Positions 21,015-31,390 of a DNA stretch of 64,000 nucleotides are shown piece after piece. Position 1 is the stretch's first letter. Every line of letters starts with the position of its first letter. A program made the translations under genes and the position numbers. The DNA comes from Nitrospirales bacterium (lineage in GTDB: Bacteria; Nitrospirota; Nitrospiria; Nitrospirales; UBA8639), in assembly GCA_965203295.1 (NCBI GenBank), contig CBDBCZ010000019.1, positions 608,001-672,000 on the forward strand. Reading direction: 5' to 3'. The notes beneath the pieces were generated by a model. That model was not told the origin of the DNA and did no database searches. It saw nothing but the letters and a program-made list of their open reading frames with translations.

Positions 21015-22286
21015 CTAAACTCGGATCACTCCAGGTGGCGGGTTCGATGAAGCGAGTGGTCTCACCGTGAAGCGTAGGTGACGGTGAGCGTTCCGAAGGG
21101 CAGCTTCTACTTCTTCAGGTTGTTTCCCTATTGCAATAAGAAAACCTAAATACCGTGTTCCTTCTGGTAATGGAACAAGATGCTCGCCGGGCTGTATCGT
21201 CAGGGAAAGTTCTTCAATCCCTTGCACACGTCGAGCTTCAGAAACACCTTCCACGCTTTCTAAGATTCCTCGTTCAGGAATAGGAATCATCATCACGCCA
21301 GAGGCATTCTCTTCTCGATCAAAAGTAGGAATGTCCATGTGAAGAGCGTGGCGGATGATGAGTTCTTCTAAGGACATCCCTGTGCTGAAACGTAAGGTTC
21401 GAGAACATTGCCCACCAATGGTCCTGGCAGCTATTTCAATCACCCACATTCCAGTTTCATGAATTCGCACTTCACCGTGGACAGGCCCCTCTTTCAACCC
21501 CAATGCCGCGGCGGCTTCTGAAAGAGCCCTGAACACTCCCGATTGAGTTTCAGTGGGAAGTCGTGTGGGGGTGACATAAATTGTTTCCTCAAAGAAAGGG
21601 CCAGTCAATGGATCCAGTTTGTCATACACGGCTAACGGGCGAAAGTTTCCATCGGTCAGAAGGCCTTCAACAGCGACTTCAATTCCTGGAAGATAACCCT
21701 CAATGAGAATTTGGGCACCAGCTTCTTCCGTATCGGGAAGACCCAGTGTCTGTAAAATCGCACCGACCCGGTGAAAGGCGGTTGCGAAGCTTTTGACATC
21801 GTCAGCCCTCATGACGCCGCAACTGGCTGATAGAGTGAGGGGTTTCAGCACACAGGGAAATTGTATTCTGGTCGAGAGTTCATTGGGGTCGTCGTCCATG
21901 TGGCAGAGAATGAATGGCGGAGTGGGCAGCCCATGATCCCGAAAACATTCACGCATCAGATATTTATTTCTTGCTGCAGAGACTGCCGAGACTGGATTTG
22001 AAGGAAGACCGAGAGCGTCTGAGATCTGTGAGGCAAGAAGGGTCGTATTATCGTTGACCCCAATGACGGCGTCGAGAGGACAGCGTTTGGAAAAACTTTC
22101 AACTGTTGATAGGGCGGACTCCGGATCTTGAAGCTCAAGTGGTAGGAAGCTGTCTTGTGTTGCTAGGGTGACTAAAGATTGAAAGTCTCCCCCAACGGTA
22201 ATGGAAATACTTAAACGATGGGCTGCTTCTAGAAAGGCCTCAGCCTTGTAGGTGAGCGAGGGTAAAAGAAGAAGAAGTCGAGGCAT
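21015..22286 (-). CDS. ATP-grasp ligase
   Basis: ARNKYLMR, FPCVLKP, ILIEGYLPGIEVAVEG, HGEVRI, IEIAAR. Confidence 0.88.
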   Translation of the reverse strand: MPRLLLLLPSLTYKAEAFLEAAHRLSISITVGGDFQSLVTLATQDSFLPLELQDPESALSTVESFSKRCPLDAVIGVNDNTTLLASQISDALGLPSNPVSAVSAARNKYLMRECFRDHGLPTPPFILCHMDDDPNELSTRIQFPCVLKPLTLSASCGVMRADDVKSFATAFHRVGAILQTLGLPDTEEAGAQILIEGYLPGIEVAVEGLLTDGNFRPLAVYDKLDPLTGPFFEETIYVTPTRLPTETQSGVFRALSEAAAALGLKEGPVHGEVRIHETGMWVIEIAARTIGGQCSRTLRFSTGMSLEELIIRHALHMDIPTFDREENASGVMMIPIPERGILESVEGVSEARRVQGIEELSLTIQPGEHLVPLPEGTRYLGFLIAIGKQPEEVEAALRNAHRHLRFTVRPLASSNPPPGVIRV

Positions 22287-22339
22287 CGGTGAACGTAACC
22301 TTTTAGTGAAGTCTGGACTTTGTGGCCAGCAGAAAAAGA

Positions 22340-23911
22340 TTACTTAGGGCAGTTTGGGTTTGCCTGAACGACTTGAAGTTGGATTTGGGTTGGCTCAGCA
22401 CAACAAAACCATGGTTCAGTTAAACGAGGAGGCTTGGTTCGATTACTTGAAGGCGATGGGAAATGGGGTGGCGGTGCAAGACCAGCGGCTTCATGGGCAA
22501 GACCCCAGAGACGATAGAAGGTTTGGGCGTGATCTTCTGAAGTCTGTGCGGCTTGTTCCACGGTTTGGGCGATGGCTTGGTGAAGCTGATCCATGCGCGG
22601 GTCAGGATGGACCCATGTATATTGGAATTTAGCCTCGTCTAAGGACTGGACAAAATTCTGCATGGGAGCCTTTTGGGTTTCAGGTGAGTCCAAAAGTTCT
22701 GAATGGGGAGGGACAAGCAGACGAATGGTGAACTGTACAGGATCAATCGAGTCGATGAGATGATGATATCGAACGAGGTCGAACATCTCAATGTAATCAT
22801 CGAAGGTGGTCCATGGAGTAAACGCGACCAAAGAGGGGCGCAACACGATGCCTGCTGCCCGCGTGATATCGAATGCCTGAAATATGTCGTCCCGTGTATG
22901 CCCTTTGTTCAAATGGGATAGCACGATATCGCTAAAAGACTCCACAGCGGAAATCACAAAAAGGCCACCTCGGTCACCCAGTTCTTGGAAAAGGTAGCCA
23001 TGTTTGAGGATATGTTCGATCTTGGTCGTGAAATCAAAGGTAACCCGTGGGAACTCATCGTGAAGAGCCCGGATGATCTTTATCGAATGACCAGGACCAT
23101 TAAGAAAGTCAGGGTCGCCAAACGTGATATGAGTCGCGCCCCTCTCGACCTGTTCTCGAATATCAGCGAGTACCATTTCTTCTGGGACAAGGAAAAATCG
23201 GCCACGATACACTGGAACAATCGGGCAATGTCGACAGTAATGAAGGCATCCGCGGCTTCCTTCAACATAGCCCACCAACCTCTGCTGTCCATTCTGTTCC
23301 AGTTGAGCGTAATGTTCCAGCTCAGGCAATTGTGATCGTTGAAGTTTAAGGAATGAAAAACCGCTAGATTGAGGCCCTTCATTGGAGGGAATGTGCCAGG
23401 TTAAGCGATTGAGTGAAGGAGCGACAATGTCGCCTTTCAGGCTGACACCATTCAGGTCATTCTTACGGGTAGAGTCTATGAGTTCAGTGTGAGCGAGTCG
23501 ATTAACAAGATTAACCAGAGGTGTTTCATATTCCCCACCAATGACCGAATCGGCAACGTATTCCAACAGATAAGGTGCATTGAGTGAAGCGTACAACCCA
23601 TAAAAAGAAATGTGAGCGAGTGGGTTAATCGTACGAATTCTTCCAGCCACCTGAACCCCTAGAGTTAAAGCGGTATGCATGGGGACGGAAATGCCAATAA
23701 ACTTGGCGTCTTGAATCCTGCCGGCGTCAAATTCCTCTACTGCAAGATCAAGGGTTGCCGGAGAATATCCTGCCTGTTGCATAAAACCTAAGGGTCGGGC
23801 AATGCCGATAGGTTGATGCCCCAACTCATAACAGGAGATTAGGAGGATCTCGCCGGATTGGGAGAGAGCGCCTTGACTCTGCATCGTGGTCTGCCTTTTT
23901 TCTTTTTTCAT
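22340..23911 (-). CDS. CUAEP/CCAEP-tail radical SAM protein (Cys form) with B12-binding-like N-domain
   Basis: SRGCLHYCRHC motif; LISCYELGHQP N-terminus; PRLTEPWFCCAEP tail encoded TGT-TGT. Confidence 0.85.
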   Translation of the reverse strand: MKKEKRQTTMQSQGALSQSGEILLISCYELGHQPIGIARPLGFMQQAGYSPATLDLAVEEFDAGRIQDAKFIGISVPMHTALTLGVQVAGRIRTINPLAHISFYGLYASLNAPYLLEYVADSVIGGEYETPLVNLVNRLAHTELIDSTRKNDLNGVSLKGDIVAPSLNRLTWHIPSNEGPQSSGFSFLKLQRSQLPELEHYAQLEQNGQQRLVGYVEGSRGCLHYCRHCPIVPVYRGRFFLVPEEMVLADIREQVERGATHITFGDPDFLNGPGHSIKIIRALHDEFPRVTFDFTTKIEHILKHGYLFQELGDRGGLFVISAVESFSDIVLSHLNKGHTRDDIFQAFDITRAAGIVLRPSLVAFTPWTTFDDYIEMFDLVRYHHLIDSIDPVQFTIRLLVPPHSELLDSPETQKAPMQNFVQSLDEAKFQYTWVHPDPRMDQLHQAIAQTVEQAAQTSEDHAQTFYRLWGLAHEAAGLAPPPHFPSPSSNRTKPPRLTEPWFCCAEPTQIQLQVVQANPNCPK

Positions 23912-23929
23912 GAAGAGGTCAGTCTTACG

Positions 23930-23974
23930 AAAAAAAACGGCTCACGCCCTACCTCGAAGAAGAGAAGGTGAGCC
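23930..23974 (-). terminator. Intrinsic terminator after ferredoxin
   Basis: GGCTCAC...GTGAGCC stem followed by a T8 tract on the minus strand. Confidence 0.6.
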
Positions 23975-24017
23975 TCTTTGTTATTGGATGAAAAGGTCTT
24001 GCGACAAACTCTGGAGA

Positions 24018-24365
24018 TTAATTCCTCACGCCGCTCCATATCTTGGCGGGATCAATCTCTTTATCAGGATTCAACGTTCTGGCCTTATCCAAAAGAACGT
24101 CCGTTGTTTCGGGAACTTCGGGGTCTGATACACAACAATCATCTACCGGACACACGGCAGCACATTGGGGTTCATCGAAGTGTCCGACACATTCCGTACA
24201 CCGTTCATGGGTGATGACATATACGGTGTCTCCCTCTCCCTGTCCTTCCCCCACTTTGTGCCCTTTTTCCTCGGCAGCACTTCTGGTTTCGAATATGGCT
24301 TCGTTCGGGCATTCTGGGAGACATGCCCCACAATTAATGCATTCTTCAGTTATAAGTAGAGACAT
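24018..24365 (-). CDS. YfhL-type 2x[4Fe-4S] ferredoxin
   Basis: CINCGACLPECP and CTECVGHFDEPQCAAVCP; AAGGAGG RBS. Confidence 0.92.
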   Translation of the reverse strand: MSLLITEECINCGACLPECPNEAIFETRSAAEEKGHKVGEGQGEGDTVYVITHERCTECVGHFDEPQCAAVCPVDDCCVSDPEVPETTDVLLDKARTLNPDKEIDPAKIWSGVRN

Positions 24366-24493
24366 ATTTCCTCCTTGTAACTTTTGATATATCGAACAGA
24401 AAAAGGGTTAAAACAAAAAAGGCACCAACTTTTGGCCTTTTTACCCCAATTACGACTGTTTCCCATGCAAATATCGAGAAATAATATAGATAT

Positions 24494-24522
24494 ATTCTAT
24501 TCGTTGAGTAAGTTGGCGTCAA
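24494..24522 (-). promoter_or_regulatory. Sigma-70 promoter for ferredoxin
   Basis: TTGACG-N17-TAGAAT on minus strand. Confidence 0.6.
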
Positions 24523-24651
24523 CGGGACAGAAGGCCCAGCCACATAAGCCATTAGGACCTTCAAGACGAAATTTTTGTGATGAAGTCTAGAGTCTTGATG
24601 AATATAAGGGTTTCTTAGGTCAATTTGGGGTTTGCTAGAGATCTTAAGACT

Positions 24652-25404
24652 TCAGGTAGGATACTCCCAACAACGAATGTCCCATTCCGATCCTGCAGCA
24701 ACGACTGCAGCGGAATAGCCTGGTCCTGGCAAAAGTTCTTTCAAGGACCATCGAGCGGCTTCGGCCGAATCCCCTTGGACTTGGAGCAACTCTGTGGCTT
24801 GGTTTGTGGGAATTTCTACTGTGATATGTTTCAAGGGAAAGCCCAGCCCACTTCCTCGGGCTTTCAGGTAGGCTTCTTTTTTAGTCCAGCAAGAAAAGAA
24901 GGCATTCTGTTGATCACCTCGAGGAAGAGCCCAGAATTGCGATGCCTCATTTTCGGTCAATATCCGGGGAATCATGCGTTGGTAGTCAATATTCTTTCGG
25001 TGACTTTCAATATCGATACCGACCTCTTGGTCTTGACTAATGGCATAAAGGGCTAGGTCGTGTGAATGTGCCACGTTAAATTTGCAGAATACAGCATTCT
25101 GATTGTCTAAATATGGTTTCCCACGTGGGCCTAGGGAAAAAGAGAGTGTTTGAGGTTCCACCAAGAGATACGTCCCCAGGGTGCGTCGAAGGATGCCACG
25201 GGCTGCAATGTAGCGATCGCGATGATGAGAGAATTTAAAACGCAACGCTCTGTCCCGTTCGTCTTGCGAAAGAATACTCCATAAATCTTGAAGACTGGTC
25301 TTCGAGCAGTCTACAATCCCGCGCCACACATCCACGGTGTTTGGTAGAAATGACAAATGCTCAGATGGTGAGAGCCAAGTCGCGGAAAGAAATTTCTCGT
25401 TCAT
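24652..25404 (-). CDS. Sfp/HetI-type 4'-phosphopantetheinyl transferase
   Basis: GKP, FNVAHS, VGIDIE, WTKKEAYLKARG; start inferred at ATG 25404. Confidence 0.9.
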   Translation of the reverse strand: MNEKFLSATWLSPSEHLSFLPNTVDVWRGIVDCSKTSLQDLWSILSQDERDRALRFKFSHHRDRYIAARGILRRTLGTYLLVEPQTLSFSLGPRGKPYLDNQNAVFCKFNVAHSHDLALYAISQDQEVGIDIESHRKNIDYQRMIPRILTENEASQFWALPRGDQQNAFFSCWTKKEAYLKARGSGLGFPLKHITVEIPTNQATELLQVQGDSAEAARWSLKELLPGPGYSAAVVAAGSEWDIRCWEYPT

Positions 25405-25512
25405 AAACGTTGTGAGGGAATATTGGTAACATGATCGTTGGATTGAATGAGTGAGTTTCCTATCATAAACGTTATCCACGAAATTTCGGAAGAGCAGAGT
25501 TAAGCGCGAGCC

Positions 25513-26406
25513 ATGGGCCACCCTCATCCATCTGCGGCCTACACCGCCTTAGTGACTGCGGCAGTGGTTTGGGGTGGTTCCATTGTTGCCCAAAAAGTTG
25601 CCCTGGGCCCCTTTTCGGCTGTTGAGGTTTCCGTGTTTCGTGGAATCGGGGCCTTAGGAATTCTCATCCCACTCTGGTTATGGCAAGAACAGGGAGCCAT
25701 CAAGTGGACTTTGCGGGATTTCGGCGTATTTGTCGCCCTGGGTCTTGGGGTTTTAGGCAATCACTTATTCGTGTTGTACGGACTCCAATTTATTAGCGCT
25801 GGGTCGGCTGGGATCATCATCGGGGCTAGTCCGGCAATTACAGCTTTTTTGTCCTCACTTTTTCTTAAAGAGGTTCCTTTCCGTGCTGTGTGGTTAGGGT
25901 GTGGCCTGTCCTTCCTTGGTGTGGCTTTCGTATCGGGAGTCAGAGAAACTCAGGAAGGTGGTGCTCATCCGGCTTTGGGAGGGACCCTGATCATATTGGC
26001 CTTAATCAGTTGGGCTCTTTATACTATCGGAAGTCGTCGTGTGATGGAACGGTTTTCTCCCTTGACTGTTAATTGGACCACGCTCTTGATTTCGATCGTT
26101 CTGCAAATTCCCCTGTTATTCACTGATTATAAGGTCCTTGCGAGAGGGGTCGAGACGGTTCCTTTGTCGGGCTGGCTTGCACTCGTGTATGTCATTGTCT
26201 TCGCGACAGCATTGGGTCAGCAAGCGTGGCTGTACGGAGTCTCAGGAATTGGGCCATCCAGGGCCGGGATTTTTGTCAATCTGATTCCGGTCTCAGCTCT
26301 TGTGTTGTCTGTGTTCATTATAGGCGAATCTATCGGCTCTCGGGAGCTTGTAGGGATATTTTTGATTCTCATGGGAGTTTGGTTGGTCAATCGTCCAAAC
26401 CCTTAG
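25513..26406 (+). CDS. EamA/DMT family transporter
   Basis: Ten hydrophobic segments; VWGGS, GPSRAGIFVNLIPV, IIGE motifs. Confidence 0.9.
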   Translation: MGHPHPSAAYTALVTAAVVWGGSIVAQKVALGPFSAVEVSVFRGIGALGILIPLWLWQEQGAIKWTLRDFGVFVALGLGVLGNHLFVLYGLQFISAGSAGIIIGASPAITAFLSSLFLKEVPFRAVWLGCGLSFLGVAFVSGVRETQEGGAHPALGGTLIILALISWALYTIGSRRVMERFSPLTVNWTTLLISIVLQIPLLFTDYKVLARGVETVPLSGWLALVYVIVFATALGQQAWLYGVSGIGPSRAGIFVNLIPVSALVLSVFIIGESIGSRELVGIFLILMGVWLVNRPNP

Positions 26407-26605
26407 AGGCCAGAAATTGCTAAGTAAACAAATCTGATGTGATCTCTGAAATGATCCTCATTAATGAAGGTGCTGCGATGGACATGTTCTCCGTGTGAAA
26501 CAAGGGCAAAACATATGAAGAGTGCAACAATCGATTGTTGGGAGTTTTTACACTCCACCGAGAGAGAACAAACCATAGGGATTAGAGAGTCTTAGGGGGG
26601 CCACT

Positions 26606-26998
26606 ATGTTGAAGGAACGCATCGAGGATGTGACGAAAGCGAATGAAGCGTTTTATAAAGCCTTTGAAAGTTTGGATATCGTACAAATGGACACAATCTG
26701 GGTTCACCAGGAGTATGTCACGTGCATTCATCCCGGATGGAGCATCCGGGTCGGTTGGCCCCCTGTCCGTGACTCCTGGGTGGTGATCTTTAACAATGTA
26801 TTCTCTATGGAATTTTCACTAACCGAACTGCAGGTTCAGGTTGCTGGAGATGTCGCATGGGTGATCTGTACAGAAAACATCACCAGCCGACATGGAGAAA
26901 CCACTCAGAATAGCCGAATTATAGCCACCAATTTGTTTGAGCGTATGGAAGATACGTGGAAGATTATCCATCATCACGGATCCCCGTTCATGGAATGA
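26606..26998 (+). CDS. SnoaL/NTF2-like protein
   Basis: ANEAFYKAFE, VTCIHPGW, ATNLFER...WKIIHHHGS. Confidence 0.88.
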   Translation: MLKERIEDVTKANEAFYKAFESLDIVQMDTIWVHQEYVTCIHPGWSIRVGWPPVRDSWVVIFNNVFSMEFSLTELQVQVAGDVAWVICTENITSRHGETTQNSRIIATNLFERMEDTWKIIHHHGSPFME

Positions 26999-27060
26999 AT
27001 CGAATGAGTGAGCTTGATTTGCTCAGCATGTAGGAAGGACTTTTCTGAAGGGGTGCATCT

Positions 27061-27201
27061 TCATATTTTGCAGTTCACCAATCCACAGCCCCAAAGAAAG
27101 ATTTGAATGATGATCCATATCCCGGCTGGAATGAGGATGGCAACCAGCAACGCAAAAAGGAGAATACGTCTAACAGACTGAGGTTGATAATCATTTGACA
27201 T
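27061..27201 (-). CDS. 46-aa single-TM small protein (not in the ORF track)
   Basis: MSNDYQPQSVRRILLFALLVAILIPAGIWIIIQIFLWGCGLVNCKI*. Confidence 0.45.
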   Translation of the reverse strand: MSNDYQPQSVRRILLFALLVAILIPAGIWIIIQIFLWGCGLVNCKI

Positions 27202-27253
27202 GGTGAATAGTGTAGGTATGGCTCTTCTGAAATCAGAGGTGGCTTTCTTACAT

Positions 27254-27495
27254 TTGTAAAAACTTGAATTTCAGTTGACGGACACTGTCAGGTGAAGTTG
27301 GAAATTCCTGCTACACGCAGGGGACGTGATTCGTCGTGCCTGCAGTCGTAGGCGGGCATCCAGGATGATAAAGCAAGATGGATCTCTGCTAAAAACTGCG
27401 AGGATGACGGGGTAAGGATCCACGAGCTACACGCCTTCTCGATTTTGAGAACTTCCCTCGACACTGTCTGAAAGATCAAATCCAAGTTTTTACAA
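27254..27495. mobile_element. 242-bp non-coding MITE-like element with an internal REP-like doublet
   Basis: Perfect 13-bp TIR TTGTAAAAACTTG/CAAGTTTTTACAA (17/18 extended); partial second copy at 15-80. Confidence 0.7.
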
Positions 27496-27672
27496 CTCAT
27501 TCCAGGTCATTAAAGGGATGGGGAAAATCATGAACAGGGAAAGGCAAGCGGCTCCTCGAACCCCTGTTCAAGCTATGTTCTGGAAATAATGCCCTCCACC
27601 TTAGCTTGTTCCATCAGATGATCTTTTTACCAGAGTGATGGAAGCCCATCTCTGATTTACAGGAAAAAAAGA

Positions 27673-27891
27673 TTAGGACTCGGTCACAACAACGGTCTTT
27701 CCCCAATCCTGGACAATAGTGTCACGCTCTTGCATGTTCATACCACTGTATTTTCGGAACATGGCCATGCCACCTTTTTTTCTACGCCATTTCACAAAAT
27801 CAATGAAATGGTCTTTGCACAAAGAACCTGTTCCTGCTGGGGCATAAATCGTATTTGTGCAACCTCCAATTAAACATCCTTCTTGACTCAT
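27673..27891 (-). CDS. Small hypothetical protein with C-x4-C...C-x2-H possible zinc site
   Basis: CLIGGC...LCKDH; AAGGAG RBS. Confidence 0.7.
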   Translation of the reverse strand: MSQEGCLIGGCTNTIYAPAGTGSLCKDHFIDFVKWRRKKGGMAMFRKYSGMNMQERDTIVQDWGKTVVVTES

Positions 27892-28061
27892 GAACGACTC
27901 CTTCTTTCAGAAAAGAACCTCGAAGCGATCATAAAAAGTATGCCCGAGAGGTGGTGTCGATTGCAATGGACGTCAGGGAAGTGAACGCTAATGAACGCTG
28001 ATGAGGTGGCAGACCGCTCTGTCGATATGGTCACTCTCAAAGAAATAGGGCTTCTATTCTG

Positions 28062-29534
28062 ATGTCAGGTCGCGTCGTGAAGAACGTACAGACACTGATC
28101 CCAGCAATTCTGATTGTGGCGATGTTGATTGGAAATGGCCTTCATCTTCCCTCTCTGGCATCGGATAGCAATCATCCGAAGCATAGATCGAAGGGAGAAT
28201 CAACAGAGGCTAAGGCTGTTGATATCGATAGCGCCACATTCGATCCCCGTCCCCATTCTGTTTTGGTGTGGGTTCGGTCCCGAGGGACAGCCTTTGTGAA
28301 GATCCGTTACGAAGAAGCTGAAAGTAAGACCTCAGGCAACGCCCAGTCATCTGGTACAGCCATGGTCACAATTCGACCAGATCACGATTTTACTGGGGTA
28401 ACTCGACTCACGGGATTACAATCCGGGACGACCTATCATTATTTCCTCTATGCTCAAGATTCTCCTCTTATCGATTCTCGGCACTTCCCACCTCTACTGG
28501 CCACAGGACAGTTCAAGACAGCCTTGCCAGTTGCGCAACAAGGATTAGTGACTTTTGTGTGGAGTGGTGATTTGGGTGGACAAGGAAAGTGTCGACGTCC
28601 AGACACAGGGTATCAAATTTTTGAGCAGATTCAGGAAACTCACCCAGATTTTGGAATACTCGTAGGGGATTTGATTTATGCTGATAGTCCTTGCCCTTCC
28701 CCGCCCAATATTCCCGGAAATGTTTTTGTCGCCACCACTTTGGAGGGGTACCACGCGAAACACAGGTACCAACGGAACGATCCAGCGCTTCAGAGGTTCC
28801 TGGCCCATGTGCCGGTTTTCGCGGTCTGGGATGACCACGAAGTGAGGAATAATTTTTCTGGTTTAACCGATCCACGAATACCTCTTGGTCGCCAGGCCTT
28901 TTTTGACTACTGGCCGGTGGACACTCCTGCTATCAATTCTCCTGGCCTCTACCGGCGCGTTCAGTATGGTCAAGATTTAGAACTTTTTATTCTTGATACT
29001 CGCCAATTTAGAAGTCCGAACTCGGAAAAGGATGGCACGTCCAAGACGATGTTGGGGTACAAGCAGCGAGATTGGCTTATCAAAGGGCTTCAGGACTCCA
29101 CGGCAACATGGAAAGTTATTGTCAGCAGTGTGCCTCTCTCCGTACAAAAAGGCCGTCGTCACAATGACTCGTGGGCCAAGGGGAAAGATGGAACGGGCTA
29201 CCACGTTGAACGAGCCAAGATTATTGAACCCTTGTTCACAGAACGTATTCGCAATGTGGTGTGGCTTGCGACAGATGTGCATTTTGCCCAAGTTCTTGCC
29301 TATGACCCCGATGCGGATGGGATGCCAGAATTTCATGAATTTATTTGTGGACCCCTCTCCGCTAACACACCCGACCCATTAACGCTAGAACAGACGTTAA
29401 ATCCGAAGATTCTCTATGAAGCTGGTGGGTTTGAAAATTTTGGCCGAATTGAAATTGATGGTTCTTCCCTCAGATTACAAATCATCGATGAATTAGGGGT
29501 GACAAGGTATCACGTGGCGTTGCTGGCAGTTTAA
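28062..29534 (+). CDS. phoD: Alkaline phosphatase D family protein
   Basis: GDLIYAD, WDDHEVRNN, LDTRQFR, TDVH; signal-like N-terminus. Confidence 0.9.
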   Translation: MSGRVVKNVQTLIPAILIVAMLIGNGLHLPSLASDSNHPKHRSKGESTEAKAVDIDSATFDPRPHSVLVWVRSRGTAFVKIRYEEAESKTSGNAQSSGTAMVTIRPDHDFTGVTRLTGLQSGTTYHYFLYAQDSPLIDSRHFPPLLATGQFKTALPVAQQGLVTFVWSGDLGGQGKCRRPDTGYQIFEQIQETHPDFGILVGDLIYADSPCPSPPNIPGNVFVATTLEGYHAKHRYQRNDPALQRFLAHVPVFAVWDDHEVRNNFSGLTDPRIPLGRQAFFDYWPVDTPAINSPGLYRRVQYGQDLELFILDTRQFRSPNSEKDGTSKTMLGYKQRDWLIKGLQDSTATWKVIVSSVPLSVQKGRRHNDSWAKGKDGTGYHVERAKIIEPLFTERIRNVVWLATDVHFAQVLAYDPDADGMPEFHEFICGPLSANTPDPLTLEQTLNPKILYEAGGFENFGRIEIDGSSLRLQIIDELGVTRYHVALLAV

Positions 29535-29717
29535 TGGGAAGCTCATTCCCCTTCTTGGACTGCGAGCTGCCTGTTCTATTCGCTAGCAAATATAGCAAAT
29601 ATAAAGACAAGGACGCTTTGCCCTCAACTTGCATTCCCATAGTGGCTCCAGCTATCGTACAGGGTCGTTCTGTGATAAGCAGAAAAGGAATTCACAAAAT
29701 AGAAAGGAGACAGTCTG

Positions 29718-30191
29718 GTGCTGACAGCAAAGGACGTATTTGAAAAATTGCAAGAAACGGCTATCGCCGCCACGGGTCCTGATGAACGGGCCCTTCAAAT
29801 TGACTATCCAGCTTTAGAAGAAAAGGTTCTCGCTGTGCTCGGCGACCGAAAAGTTGCCCTGTTGCATATCAACCAACATCTTCCAGAGGGATATGAAGAT
29901 CAGGGGCACATGAATGCCGTCATGATTACGAAAGGAAATGTTTTGTTCGACATGGTCATTGGCGACTCATATTTTCGTTATGATGTGTTTTCAGCAGGTG
30001 ACCTCGACAAAATCCAAAGCATCGATGGGGTATGGGAGGACAAGGAGAAACGCGAGGAAATATCGTTTCTCAGTCTTCGATTGATGCATGGCGATGAAGC
30101 CCACATCTTGTTGGCGTTAAATGATGAACAACGAAAAACCGTGCTAGGCATTGCTGATGCCGTGACGTCAGCGAGACACCCTGAACGGTAA
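29718..30191 (+). CDS. Hypothetical protein
   Basis: 157-aa ORF, AAAGGAG RBS, GTG start. Confidence 0.75.
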   Translation: MLTAKDVFEKLQETAIAATGPDERALQIDYPALEEKVLAVLGDRKVALLHINQHLPEGYEDQGHMNAVMITKGNVLFDMVIGDSYFRYDVFSAGDLDKIQSIDGVWEDKEKREEISFLSLRLMHGDEAHILLALNDEQRKTVLGIADAVTSARHPER

Positions 30192-30565
30192 TATCTTCTC
30201 TCTATAAACCTAACGACAGTTCCAATTGCCGATACCTCTCCGTCTTCAAAGACGGGGAGGTAAGCGGCGTCTTTTTCGGTTAACACAGCCCACCTCGTAG
30301 CAGAAAAAACGCTTGATGTTAAGGCGAAGACCCTTGTCACTTAACAAGCTTCCCTTGTTCAGCCAAGAAAACACAGGCTCATTCCTATCTTCCCAGACGA
30401 GTTGTTGTAGCTAGAATAAACAAATTAACTTTCTTCGGCAGATCAGATTCAGAACATCTGTGAAATATGGTGCGATCCTGTTAGGGTAACAAGCAACGTA
30501 CGTATTACTTGGGTACTATGACGAATCCCATTAACGATATCCCCTAATTCTCCCAAGATGAGCTG

Positions 30566-31390
30566 GTGCGTTCATATTACCGTGCGCTCCATGAGTCAGT
30601 GGATTTTGTTCAGCAAAAGATCATTCCTATCCTCAGCGGTCAGCTGAATCTTTCTCAAAAAGAAGAAGCGATCCTTGGCATATTCTATCGTGTCCATGCA
30701 TTGGCGAGTTCATTGACTCGTCTTAATAAAAAGATTGATTTCAATGCAGTTGCGATCGTTGCAAGGACAATATTTGAGCTGTTGCTGGACCTCAAAATTT
30801 TAGCTTCTCCTTCGCTTTCATCTCATGATTTGAAGAAATTTCGAGTGTACGCAGAAGTTGCGCGATTTCGGAGTGCCGACAAACTTCTAAAATTTCAAGC
30901 GCTAAACCCCGGAATTGAAGAAAACGCATTTTTTAAGGGCGATTTTCGGAAACAATTTGTTGAAGCCTCAGGAAAACGAACCTCCGTTGAGTCTACGGTT
31001 GTGTCTCTGTGGGGAAAAGATAAGAACGGCAATCCGAAATGGCCGGATCATTGGATTGGCCGCAACATTCGAGAGAGAGCAAACGAATGTGGCCCCCTCT
31101 ATGAGCAAAAGTATCTCGAGATTTACTCGTTGCTGAGTTGGTACGCGCATAGTAGTAACGCTAGCTATGCTGGTTTGACAGAATCAACTTTTGAGGTAAT
31201 TTATGGGATATGCCAGAACATTTCTAGAGAGATGTACATTGAGGCATTACCACTATGTACCAAGACTTTTCCTCTGAGCGATGCGGTCGAAGGGTTTTCG
31301 CAAGTTGTAGAGTTCCTAAGAGATGCACCTCAAAAAGTTCTAATCGAGTATGGTTTGAGAAAGGCTAGAGAGACTGATCAAGGCTCATAG
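30566..31390 (+). CDS. DUF5677-like (HEPN-related) hypothetical protein
   Basis: ARTIFE and YSLLSWYAHS motifs; isolated, AT-richer than neighbours. Confidence 0.6.
   Translation: MRSYYRALHESVDFVQQKIIPILSGQLNLSQKEEAILGIFYRVHALASSLTRLNKKIDFNAVAIVARTIFELLLDLKILASPSLSSHDLKKFRVYAEVARFRSADKLLKFQALNPGIEENAFFKGDFRKQFVEASGKRTSVESTVVSLWGKDKNGNPKWPDHWIGRNIRERANECGPLYEQKYLEIYSLLSWYAHSSNASYAGLTESTFEVIYGICQNISREMYIEALPLCTKTFPLSDAVEGFSQVVEFLRDAPQKVLIEYGLRKARETDQGS

Noticed and set aside
22390..22411. Selenocysteine in the CUAEP tail
   Set aside because: Codons are TGT-TGT; no UGA
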